A program made the position numbers and the translations under genes. Shown here one piece after another: positions 51,201-62,357 of a stretch of DNA of 64,000 nt. Below the pieces are notes generated by a model. That model searched no databases. It saw only the letters and a list, made by a program, of their open reading frames with translations, and was not told the DNA's origin. Each line of letters opens with the position of its first letter. The stretch's first letter is position 1. This stretch comes from Balanoglossus misakiensis (Eukaryota > Animalia > Hemichordata), in the NCBI GenBank assembly GCA_040954595.2, contig CM082579.2, forward strand, positions 15,662,550-15,726,549. The letters run 5' to 3'.

Positions 51201-52637
51201 TGGCTGTTTTTTCCATTGTTGGTACAAAAATCAATTTCTCTGAAACGGGTTGTCCATCCAATTGCTTTGCAATTTACTAAATGTAGTTTCCTTTGGGGAT
51301 TGTTATTATGATATATCAAAATTATAGTGAAAATGAAAATCTTGTATTTTTGTATTATGTTTTCTAGGTTTCCATGTATTAGTTGATATCAGAAAGTTTT
51401 CAATTGATTTCTGTAAAATTTGAGTTGTGAGTCAACGGGATGTGCTCCTTTATAATTATAATGGGATCAAATCAAAGTAAAATTTGAATTGTTGTATTTT
51501 ATGACATTTTGTCTTATACATTTACCACAATTTTTTTTATCTCAAGCAGAAAAATATCCTGAACATTGTTCTTTGCAAGTTAGATGAAATCCCCTAATGA
51601 GTTTTTTTACACAGAAAATGTCTACATGTTTATATAACTTAGCCCATCTGTCAAGAGACAGTTCTATTTGCTGTTCTATTTGGTGTGTGCACAGTACACA
51701 TGCCATTGGCAGCTCACGAGTCAGTCAATGGCCAGTCAGTGTTTGCCTGTTGATCTGTGTGTGTGTATTCTGGTGAAAACCTTTCCTTCCGTAATCCTTA
51801 AACGGGACCACACTGTCCTTGACGGTATTTTTCTCTTTGATTCTGAAATTGTCATGATAATTCCAGGCCCTTACACTATAGGCACTTTGCAAATGTTAGC
51901 AGCTGAGTTATCGAACCCTATCAAAATACCTAAACTGTTTCTTTTGCTACTTACAACATATGTCTGTGACAAATACTGCTTCATCATTTTATTATATAAA
52001 TGCTCAATTGCAACACTGATTTGAGAGAAATGTATCTTGGCTTATTTTATAGTTCTGTAAATAATTTCCAAGTACATGAAGTACTGTTGACAAAATTTGA
52101 TTAACTACTGCTTTATACTGTCATGGGCACCAACTCCGTCAATTATATGTGATTGAACTGCCAGTATGAACTCTCATAAACCGCCACATTTCCACTCCAC
52201 TATGACCAATTGATCTGAGTGAAACGGCGTCGCAATGAAATTTGGACTGTCATAAGCCATATATCACATGTAAGCAATATGGATGATTTCAATGCTTCTT
52301 TATGCTTTGTATTGTGTAAAGCTCTGTTGTGTCAGCTAGTTTCTGGTTTGAGTCTAGTCATGGATTTCATTGTCAATACATGATGCGATTGCTGTTATCA
52401 TAGAAAATAGAGTTCAAGTCAACAACAGCCTTTAAACATATGCATACTGTGTCTTCTAGCAGAATACTTGGTGTATAAAAGCACTTTTGACAACTTGTAT
52501 GGCATTTATATTCTACTGGGTGTATCAACTAATAGTTTGTTCTATTGGCGGCAGCATGTAGAAATGTTCAGTGTTGCCAGTAGGAGATGAGGTACAACAG
52601 ATAGTTATTTTATGTTATGCTTTTAATATCATTTCAG

Positions 52638-55600
52638 ATGTATAAGAGAAAAGAAGACCTGACCAAAGGTAAATGTGAAATGTACTGTAAATGTAGGAAG
52701 ATACTTTTTCCCTTGGAAATTTTGCACTCGTCAATTTGGATAATTCACAAAAATTGTTTTCTAGAATTCGTATTTTTCAGCACAGTTGCTTTCTCACTTG
52801 ATGCCTATGGAATATCCAACTCATTGAAAAAAGTGCAACTGTTCAAACAATTTAAGTAACACTTAATGTTTTTTATCCCTTGAAAGAGAGTCAAGAAGCA
52901 TTGGGGCGACTAGCCGAACAGTTTCAGATGAAAGAGGCTGAAGTAAAATCAAAGAGACTGAAGCGATCTGTTCCAAAGCCACCAGAACAACAGGTAGGAA
53001 TTGCAATCCAAATGATACATACATGAAGAAAGATAAGAACTGCCTTTCTTGAAGTATTTTGGGAAGTTTTTAGTCCCCCCCCCCCACCACTAACCTTTTT
53101 GTATTTTGTCTACACTTTTGTTTTCTTTCCATTCTACACCCAATAGCATGATGAATTGCCCAGTACATGTATTTAATTTCTCATCATCTAATTTACAGAC
53201 AAGGTAAACATTCTAGACACTGGTAATTTCATCATGCTTTAGGGAATAGAATAGAAGTGTAGAGTATACATACACAGGAAAGTATAGACCAAGGTTATGT
53301 ACAGTTCAGCCTTTAAGCATTATACGTAATTGCTAGGAGTTATAACACATGTTTTCTTCATATCCATGCAATGTACACGTCTTTTCCTTGTTAGTTATTT
53401 CCTGATTTTATGAAAATTTAAGTTTATATTCATGCCATTTTACATACATTTATTAAAATTTTGATGTTTACCCTATTTTGTAACATTTTCATTCAGGTGT
53501 TAAATGTTACACCACTGATAAAAGACAGTAAAGGAGTTCTAAAGAAAATGGGGGCAGTACTACCATCAGCTGTCGGCAGAAAAAGTCAGGTGGCCATTAC
53601 CGTGGACAGTGGCTCAAATGCCATGCACTGGGCCCAGAGTGTATCGGCACACTTCATCGACGTGGATTTTGTACCTTATGAGATGAATGACATAGGAGTG
53701 TTCATAAGGATGAAGGACCCAATGAATTTCCAATTAAAAGACCTGAAGGCAAAATACAAAAGTATGAAGGCGAAGACAGACAAGTTGCCAGTCTTCATGT
53801 TTGCAGTTGGGCAGAGTGAGTAAATCATGTCTATTTACATTGTCACAAGTTGTGTCAAGTATTTAACTGGATAAATTGAAAGGTTGTTTTTTTTCTTTGT
53901 GCCCGTTTTGTGTTGGATTATCCAGGTTAAAAAGTCATGGTAGTTTTTTATTATTCACTTGCTTCTTTTTAAACAAAAACAGACAAAAATAGAAGTGGCA
54001 GAACTTGTTTTGTTGGAAGAAAAGCGCCATTTCTGTCATTGTCACATGACTGGGCAGACCCCATTATCCAGTGGGTATCATTGGCATGGTGGACTTTATG
54101 GTTGGTATATTCATGCTATCATGCAATTATGCAAAGCCTGGCATGAACATAACAAATTCAACAAATGCCATTTTAGACATGTATTTGCAAAATTGCAGGA
54201 TAGTGGTACCTGTCTGGTCATGTGACAATGGCCCAAGTATGGGCACTTTTATTCCAACAATGCTACCTCCAAGTTCCACCACTTTGATTGTGTAAGTGCA
54301 CAGGTGCATTATACTTGATTAACTTGATTATCTGACTCAAAGGTTGCACTAAAAAAGTTTCAGCCTTGTCTATCAGTGACCCCTTAAGGCAAAGTCTCTC
54401 TCTGCTTCTTGCTGCTTTTTTACATTAATTATGTTTGATACAAGATATTGTTTGTGTTATTAGGTCCCATTGGTATAGGCCTATATACCATGGGACCTTA
54501 TGGGATGGGTTGTGTCTGTATGGATGTATGTATGTATGTCTGTATGTCCGTTCACATCAAAAACTTGAAAACCGCTGCGCGTATCACCTTGATATTTGGT
54601 GTGCAGATGCAGGCAGGGCTGTAGATGGGAGTTTGTCCAAACGAAGTTGCCAGGCCCAAAAATATGCAAATTAGCCAGTAAAATGTGAAATTTATCAAAA
54701 CTCTGAAAGTCAACAACTACTGCTCAGATTGCTTTAAAAATTGGTATGCATGTACCTTATGTCAACCTCACATCGACCTGTAAGTGTTAAGTTAATATCA
54801 TGGATGTTTTATTTTTTATGAATTTTTTAGTCTTTTTATTAAATTTATACCTTTACTTATACCTCTATGGTAAAGCTATGTCCAGTTCTGGTCTGTGCAA
54901 TAGTCCTGTACAGTGACTGTCTATTGGTCAGTGAGCACAATGGGGCCAAAATAAAAGGCAAATTTTTGGGCTCACCTGTAACACCTGCTTAACACATTAA
55001 TTATGTGCATACCTAATTCCAGGCTAACCAATAAGGCTATAGGTTTGGTTTTTATTGAACATGGACCAGTATAAGGTCAAAATTTCTTGCCCAAATTTTG
55101 CATGACCTCAGGTGACCTTTGACCTACTTTATCATATCTTGGCATCCAGAGCAGGTAGAGACTTCGCGTTTGGAGGGTTGGGACTAAATTTGAAAAGCCA
55201 AAATTGGGGGTCACCTGTGACACTTGCATATCTCATTAATTATGTGCATACCTAATTCCAGGCTAACCAATAGGGCTATAGGTTTGGTTTTTGTTGAACA
55301 TGGACCAGTATAGGGTCAAAATTTTATGCCCAAATTTTGCATGACCTCAGGTGACCTTTGACCTACTTTTCCATATCTTGGCATCCAGAGCAGATGTGCT
55401 TATTGCTATGTTGCTATGTTTTTACATGTAGACATACAGCGAATCAACATTCGACCACACACAACTTCCATTTCACTTGTATGATGATATGAGAATAAAA
55501 ACTCGCCCCAAATGAAAAAATGGTAGAGGAATATTATTCATTTTGGCGATTTTTTTTCACTCATGTCTTCAAGCCGAATGGAAGGTGTGTGTGGTTGAAC

Positions 55601-58241
55601 GTTGATTCACTATATATCCACACATATAATAACATAAACGGTGTCTTGTATCAAACATAATTAATGGAAAAGGGGCAGCAAGAGAGAGACATTGTCCCTT
55701 TAATGACCTATTTTCCAGAGTAAATCTGTCCTTTTGTTATGTGTAGTCCCAGGTTAGAACTATGGTTTGTAGTTTCATTGCCAAAGGTTTAAGGATCCTC
55801 CTACGAGAACATCTGGTCTTTGTATAGTCAACATTGAAAAATGATTTTAGTATGGACTAAAACTCAGTAGTAAATAATTAACAGTTTCTTTATGCATATT
55901 TGAGCTATGCTGATGTGCTTATCAATTTTCAGGGCATTTCTGTATTCTGTATTTTTTTTTGTATTCCACAGCAAAACATTCTTTGAAAGCATCCTTTGTT
56001 CAAAAGAAGCTGCAACTGCAAGACAAAGAGTTCGAGCAGCAAGAGGAACCTGAACAAGAACAAGAAATGGTCAAGGTATAATTGCATGAATATTTTAACA
56101 TGTGAAATTTAGTCTGCCAGTGATGTCATGGTTTGTAATACAGTGTGGCATACAGTATCTACTGGCGATGAATTGAAATCTTGACATTTCAACAAAATTT
56201 ATGGGGAACAAAAAATATAGTTTAAGCACAAAACAGCAACATTTTACAAAATCATAATTACAGCCAGATAGATATTTCATTTTTTTATTTTCTGTTATAG
56301 GGTACTGACAATGAAAAGTTAGTGTCCTGTGATCCTGTGTCCTGTGATCCTGTGTCCTGTGATCCTGTGTCCTGTGATGGTGTCAATGAAGATGTAGAAG
56401 TGATTGCGGTTGAAAATTCTGTTGACATAACAGTGGTGGAGGAGGTGGCAGCTTCATGTGAGGAATCCATGAAAGAATGTACTGCTGAACAGGCATTGAA
56501 TTCAGAACAGGTTAGACATGATTAATTAACTACTATAAATGATGGAGCAGGTTCTCCGAATAAATATTCGAATGATCAGGCACTTCTAGTCAATACCAAT
56601 TGTTTTTATTGGCAAACTGTCTATTCTGCTACAGTAAAACCTGTCGAAACTGAACACCAAAGTGACTGAAGAAATTATTCCATTTGCAAAGGTGTCTGGT
56701 TTATAGGGGTTCTTTTAACATGTGGTTCCATGTCAAAGGGACAGGAACATGTGTTCAATATAGATAGGTTTCAAGATTAGACAGGTTTTACTGCTGCATG
56801 AGGAAATATGGGGACAGTCAGAGCAGATATGATGGAAAATAACTCTGACTGGTATTTGCAAAGGTGTTGAAAGATTATGGAATGACTCTTAAACAAATGG
56901 GGCTTTCACATGTGATGTTTAGGCCTCCTTGGGGGATATTGATTAGTCTAAGGTATTAAATGGTATCAATATTAACGTTACAGGAAAGAGAGAAACAAGC
57001 TCAAAGGAAATTGCAGAGGAAAGATGTAAGTTTAGTCGAATTTTGATTCTGAGTCATACATTTGACTGGATTGGTTATACTCCTACACCAAAGTGACAGT
57101 TTGGGCAATGATGTTAATACTGGATTGAAACGTGTTGATTGTCTTTGTAGTTTTTGATAAATTCTTCATTTTTACATTTATAGGATAGTTTTTGATAAAT
57201 TGTTAATTTTTAGGTCCAATGTCTAAAAATTTAAAGCTCAGAGGTGCATTCTACTAAATGTTTGTTTTGTACTTTCTCATCCACATACCTATTTCACGTT
57301 AGGCAAGGCAATCTCTTCCCTAGGAACCGGTTAGTCAGTGAATTGTCTGCTCAGGTTATGACACTCAATGTGTTTATTTCTTTACAGGCAGCACAGGCCA
57401 GAGCCGAAAATATAAGATTGCCCTTGATTAACGAAAGGAAAAGACAAATCTGCATCATGGTGAACGATGAGGTCCTGGAAAGGCCATTCAGAGACCTAGA
57501 TACACTCAAAGTAAGTCAAGATATGGGCCATCAAGTGTAAATTGTGTGTTTCATGTTCACTGTTCAAATACAGTCCGTTGCAGCCTTACAATGTAAGGCA
57601 TTTCTGAGTGTAACTGCAGTCATACCAAAATAAAGAAACCAAGGTTTGGATTAATCATCATATTCTAGCATTATAATTGTAAACATAAAAGAATCTATTT
57701 GCTTTGCAGGATGTCTTTGATTGGATTTGCGGTACAGTTGATTCAGAAGATCTTCCTTGCAGATTTTTTCTGCAATGTTTCGATCCTCCCAACTGTGTTG
57801 ATTTTCAGTGTCAGCATGAATACCATGCCACAGCTGAGGCTGACTTCCTTTTAGTATAATATCTACCAGAAATGATGCTAGTGAAAGAGGTAATTTAATA
57901 ATTTTAAATTTTTTTGATGATATTTGCATATTTCGGTGTTTGCCAATTTTGAGAGATTGATCAACTGTCTTTTTTAGCAGTTTTATACTGAAAATCGAGT
58001 TGTCCAAAAATGCACAACATTCTTCAGTCTCGTGAAACAGAATCCAAATGTTCACATAGTACAGCTATTCTGATTACCAAGTTTTATTTCGCATCACAAA
58101 ATGTCAGTACATACACATGAATATGATAAACAATGTTTTTTAATGCATGAAATCACTTTTTTATTTGTTCAACAGATTAGTGGTGACCTGGATGACACCC
58201 TAACAAACTATGATGATGTTCTTCTGTGTGGGCTGTTTTGA
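52638..58241 (+). CDS. Predicted 9-exon gene (~393 codons), acidic/coiled-coil middle and C-terminal UBX-like domain; in-frame TAA at 57857
   Basis: Phase-compatible GT-AG exons: 52638-52668, 52887-52993, 53497-53815, 55972-56075, 56301-56510, 56984-57025, 57388-57510, 57710-57889, 58176-58241. The spliced ERPFRDLDTLK/DVFDWI resembles the UBX RRFxxxDTLxDVxDW motif. Confidence 0.7.
54384..55703. mobile_element. Foldback MITE (TTAA-flanked, Kolobok-like), ~0.36 kb, split by a HINE insertion
   Basis: 54384-54460 plus ~55420-55520 is the reverse complement of ~55530-55703 (e.g. ATTAATTATGTTTGATACAAGA / TCTTGTATCAAACATAATTAAT). Confidence 0.65.
54461..55420 (+). mobile_element. HINE/DINE-1-like element (third subfamily), probably 3'-truncated
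   Basis: 5' hairpin GGTCCCATTGGTATA..TATACCATGGGACC, (GTAT/GTCT)n microsatellite, internal TGACCTTTGACCT repeats related to the clusters at 1-2080 and 13389-20389. Confidence 0.65.
56322..56378 (+). repeat. 15-bp coding minisatellite (VSCDP, ~4 copies) in exon 5
   Basis: GTGTCCTGTGATCCT repeated in frame. Confidence 0.9.
56632..56793. mobile_element. Tc1/pogo-type MITE in an intron
   Basis: Perfect 14-bp TIR CAGTAAAACCTGTC / GACAGGTTTTACTG; TA on the left only. Confidence 0.65.
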
Positions 58242-58268
58242 ACTGTACTTGTGAACATTTTTTTTTAC

Positions 58269-58468
58269 TAGGGGACCATTCAGTTTTTACGGCGGGAGGT
58301 AGGTAGGGGGAGTCGGCAAAATCAAGGGGGTGTCACTTAAATTTGGAAATTCAAAAGGGGGGTCATCATTTTTGGTCCCGTGTAAAGGGAATGGGGGGGG
58401 GGGTCTGCCTGTTTTTGAAAACAGATGACACAAACTTGCCCCAAGCCATGAAAACTGAACGGCCTCTA
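58269..58468. mobile_element. Small MITE between the convergent genes
   Basis: Imperfect TIR TAGGGGACCATTCAGTTTT / AAAACTGAACGGCCTCTA; internal G-runs. Confidence 0.5.
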
Positions 58469-58507
58469 AAGTATTAGCTGTTGTATTGTTCTCTTTAGTT
58501 GTGTAGT

Positions 58508-60312
58508 TTAGAAAAGTTCTTCAAGGCAAGGTGTCAAGTGCAAGTAGAGTTCTTTTGCTGCAAATGCTGTAGTGGGTTCATGATTCCATCCATTCATTTG
58601 GCATATGTTCCGTGCCACAACTGCGAAATCTTCATTGCAACCATTATTAAAGTTACACTGTGACTTGCATAGCAAGAAAGTTTGAGAGCCAGCGTTGACT
58701 GAATGTATGTAGTTCCGACAATTAGGGCGGTCTGAAATAACAAAATATGTTTGTTCAAATAAGAATTTATGTATGGGTTAAATACTATGAGGGTATTACG
58801 AAAATACTGCAAAGTATGCTCAAGGACATTAGCGCCACGTATCGCCTGATGCGTAGCGGAGGGCGATGCACTATGCTAATGTCCAAATATATACTTTGTG
58901 GTATTTTCATAATAAAATTATTATTGTACATCTTACATCTCAGTTAGTTCTTGTGTTGCATATTATTTGGCTTTCAAAACGCTGGTACGATCAACCATAA
59001 CCGATCAGCTGAAACACGGTACACAGTGAGCAGCCATCTTTCTTTTTTGTTTATATTGGAGTATCTATTGTTCTTGGTGCCAGATGTATATTAAGTTATT
59101 TTATTTTATTTACCTTAAGCAATGAAGTGATTGAAATGTTATTTTTCTATCATTCTCTGCAGATGTTATGTAATCTTGAGATTTTTGTTGAGGAAACTTT
59201 CCAATGTTCATGATTTATGCTTTAAACACTGCATGTCATTTACTTCATGGATAAGCCTTATGTTGACCTAATGAGTGAAATACCCACATGACTTGTGATC
59301 TACATTCAGTCACAGGGTCCAGATTAGGTAGCATTTCTGCAATTTTAATGAATCTTTGTTGGTTTCTTTATTTTGTTGCAATAAAAAAGTACCTAGTAAC
59401 TCAGGACAGGTATAGAGAATTTCTGGAATGCCTGATACAGAATCTCCTTTATTTTGTCGCCTTATTCTGTGGTGGTTCCACCTCTCAACTACCTCATCCA
59501 GTTCCCTTTGCATGACAGAAAAATAACAAAACTGCATACTCATTCTGAAAGAAAAAATGCAAATTGATTTCAAGATGCTTGGGAATAATATGTGCATTTT
59601 ATCATACTTAACAAATAGCATAATGTTACAAGTTTATGGAAATTCATCCAGTTAAAAATATGATTTCCAGCAGATCTACGGATTTCAAACGAACTGCAAT
59701 ATTTGATCTCCTGTCTATGTCTCTACCATCCTGTCTGTGTCTGTTTCTTCTCTGCTCTGTGCAAACATTGACAGATTGAATAATGGAATTTCTTTCATTA
59801 CTTGAAACAAAACATAAAGTGTATCAACTCACATGTTGACCGGGTCACCTAACTGCAAATGACCCATTGATACCAAATCCTAGGGGATAAAAAATTGATA
59901 GTGGTGAATTTCCTGTAATGCTACAGTAAAATGTGTCAGTGAATGTGGTCTTGTACTTGTGTATAAACTGCCTGCAAGGCCATGGCCAAGAAAAAAAATG
60001 TTTGGAAAGCCTAGTCCTCATGTATAAAAACTCTGCAGGACAATTCAACATCATGATATGAACTGACTTGAGCTATACTGGTTATTTTTCTCATTCCTAC
60101 ACACAACTGCATCCACTAATGACATTGCATCTTGGGCTGTGGCACATTCTATGAGAATACAAATTTTGTCACTTATACAACCATCTTTGTGTTTGAGTTG
60201 ATTTTGTTTTGCAGAACACATTTGTACAAGCCAAATGATACTTTACCTTAAAATGGTCAATCCACCAATCTGCACTTTTACTTCTTAACACACCCCACCA
60301 TCGTTCAATACG
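58508..60312 (-). CDS. C-terminal four exons of an IS3EU-like DDE transposase / integrase-core protein
   Basis: Phase-compatible exons 60312-60247, 59879-59833, 59544-59393 and 58731-58508 give RIERWWGVLRSKSADWWIDHFK-DLVSMGHLQLGDPVNI-MSMQFCYFSVMQRELDEVVERWNHHRIRRQ..GIPEILYTCPELL-DRPNCRNY..AKELYLHLTPCLEELF*. (Q)RIERWW carries the third catalytic residue of IS3-type DDE enzymes. Upstream exons not found in the window. Confidence 0.82.
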
Positions 60313-60993
60313 CTGTAAGAAGAGATCACAATGAAAACAATGGTCTGACACAATTACTGTCACCACTCTGAACAAACAAATGTGAAACACGATACCAAAA
60401 GTGTCTTTTTTGGATTATATTGTGAAACAAAAAACTGCACCAAATTTGAACAAAATTTGCTCAGGCATGCAGCAGCAATGGAATCGGTGACTGAAGTAGG
60501 GAAGATGGGGAGTCTATGAGGTTTGAGGATAGTCTCCTCAAGCATATAGTCATCTTAACAAGGTAGTGGAAAAATGGGTAGTATTAACAGTCTTTTTATC
60601 TCATGACACGGTACAGCGTAGGTATTCCTAAGAAAAATTGTGATGTCATTTGTCATATGTGGATAGAGGGCGCTGCGCATGGTCGACAAGTTCAGCAACA
60701 TCGTCTCTTGGTACGAGCCAAAAATCACTCCTTAGTTGGAACTTTTTTTCATCACCGGTCAATGTGTCGATTTTTGAAGGCGTGGACTATTAGCTGGCAA
60801 CGGATTTTTGCGGAAGATTGCTGTAACTTTTTGTCAAAAGTGAGTTTTGATTTTTATCTATCAAGTCGAAGCCAGCACACAGAATCCTGCCGTTAGTTCC
60901 AGTCGATCTCATTATGCATGCAAAATAGTACTGGAATTCTGCTCCTTTGTTTAAAACCCACGTTGTGTAATCGAACACCTGTGCTCATTCACG

Positions 60994-61806
60994 ATGCCGA
61001 GAAGAAAAGACCAAACACCATCTGGATCATCAGACTCTTGCCAATCAACACCTCCAGCTGGCACACCACAATCAATAGAAAACCGGCTTGCTGAAATCTG
61101 TTCACATGTAAATCACATACCGGCACTATTGATCAGTATTGCTGAGCTCAAAGAAAGCCAAAGCACAATAAATTCGTCACTGGAGTTCTTCAACGGACTT
61201 GTAGAGGAAGTACGTGGACGAGTTTCTTCTTTGGAGCTTGAAAATAAAGAAGTCAAAGAAACAAATGCACAGCTTTTCACTCGCATCACAGAGCTCGAGA
61301 AATCTATGGAAAGTATGAATCAATACAATAGACGTGAAAACATTGAACTTCATGGAATTCCTGAAAGTGCAGATGATGGAGAAAATACAGATGCAATCGT
61401 AACAAGAGTGCTAAAAAAGATCGATCCAGGTATCAGTGACCACGACATTGTGATTACCCACAGATTAGGTCAAAAGCATACAGGTGACAATGCTGCACCT
61501 ACTTTCCCAAGACCAATCATTGTGTGATTCTTAAGCAGGAAGAAACGCGACTATATCCACCGGAACAAAAAGAAGCTAGCGACCATTACAACTGGAGATA
61601 TTGGATATGCCAATCGGAACAAAATCTACGTAAATGAAAATCTAACTCCAAAAGCACGCAAACTTTTTAAGATGACGAACGTGAAGCGCAAATCAGCACG
61701 CTATAAGTATGCGTGGACGCGGAACGGTGAAGTTCTTGTGAAGAAAAGTGAGCAGTCACCTGTACTAGTGATAAGGAATGAGCTGGACCTTGCCAAGATT
61801 GTATAA
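60994..61806 (+). pseudogene. LINE ORF1p (coiled coil, RRM, CTD) with premature TGA at 61525
   Basis: QYNRRENIELHGIPE, HRLG, PRPIIV*FLSRKKRD; frame continues IYVNENLTP..YKYAWTRNGEVLVKK to TAA at 61806. Confidence 0.82.
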
Positions 61807-61848
61807 ACCATCTTGTAGACATTTTCTTGGTTTCCCATACATTGCTTC

Positions 61849-62357
61849 ATGCCAAACTCAGTAAATGACATAGATGATGACATTTTCACAGTTACAAATC
61901 ATATACTAGAACCGTCAACATTTAATGATAAATTTAGCTCTAGATCCAGCCATTCTTTCTCAGTATCTCATATTAATGCAAGATCTCTCTGTAATAGTAT
62001 AGACGATGTACGTCTCCTGTATAATGAATGTATCACCAGTCCTTTTCGCATTATTGGTGTTTCAGAAACCTGGCAAATCAATAATCCAACTTTTTTTAAT
62101 TTGCCAAATTACTCTTTTGAGTTAAATAGCAGAAACATCGGCCGGGGTGGCGGGGTAGGGGCATATATTCATTGTTCTCTTAAATACAAACTGTTAAACT
62201 TTAATGTGGTTCATTCTGAATCACTATGGTTTGAAATATGCGGGTTAAAGAATCGCATAGTTGTCGGTGTGTTATATCGCAAACCAGGAACTAGTGTCAC
62301 AGAGTTTGAAGACAGTCTTTTTAATGTTCTTTGTTCTTTGAAACTGGATAAAAAACA
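61849..62357 (+). pseudogene. LINE ORF2 APE endonuclease N-terminal part, disrupted
   Basis: HINARSL, IGVSETW, GGGVGAYI, ESLW, VGVLYRKP; breaks off just before the expected GDFN. Confidence 0.85.

Larger units (their letters stand above)
60660..62357 (+). mobile_element. CR1/L2-group LINE, 5' portion, interrupted at ~62358 (5' boundary approximate)
   Basis: L1-type ORF1 followed by an APE endonuclease ORF2. Confidence 0.8.
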
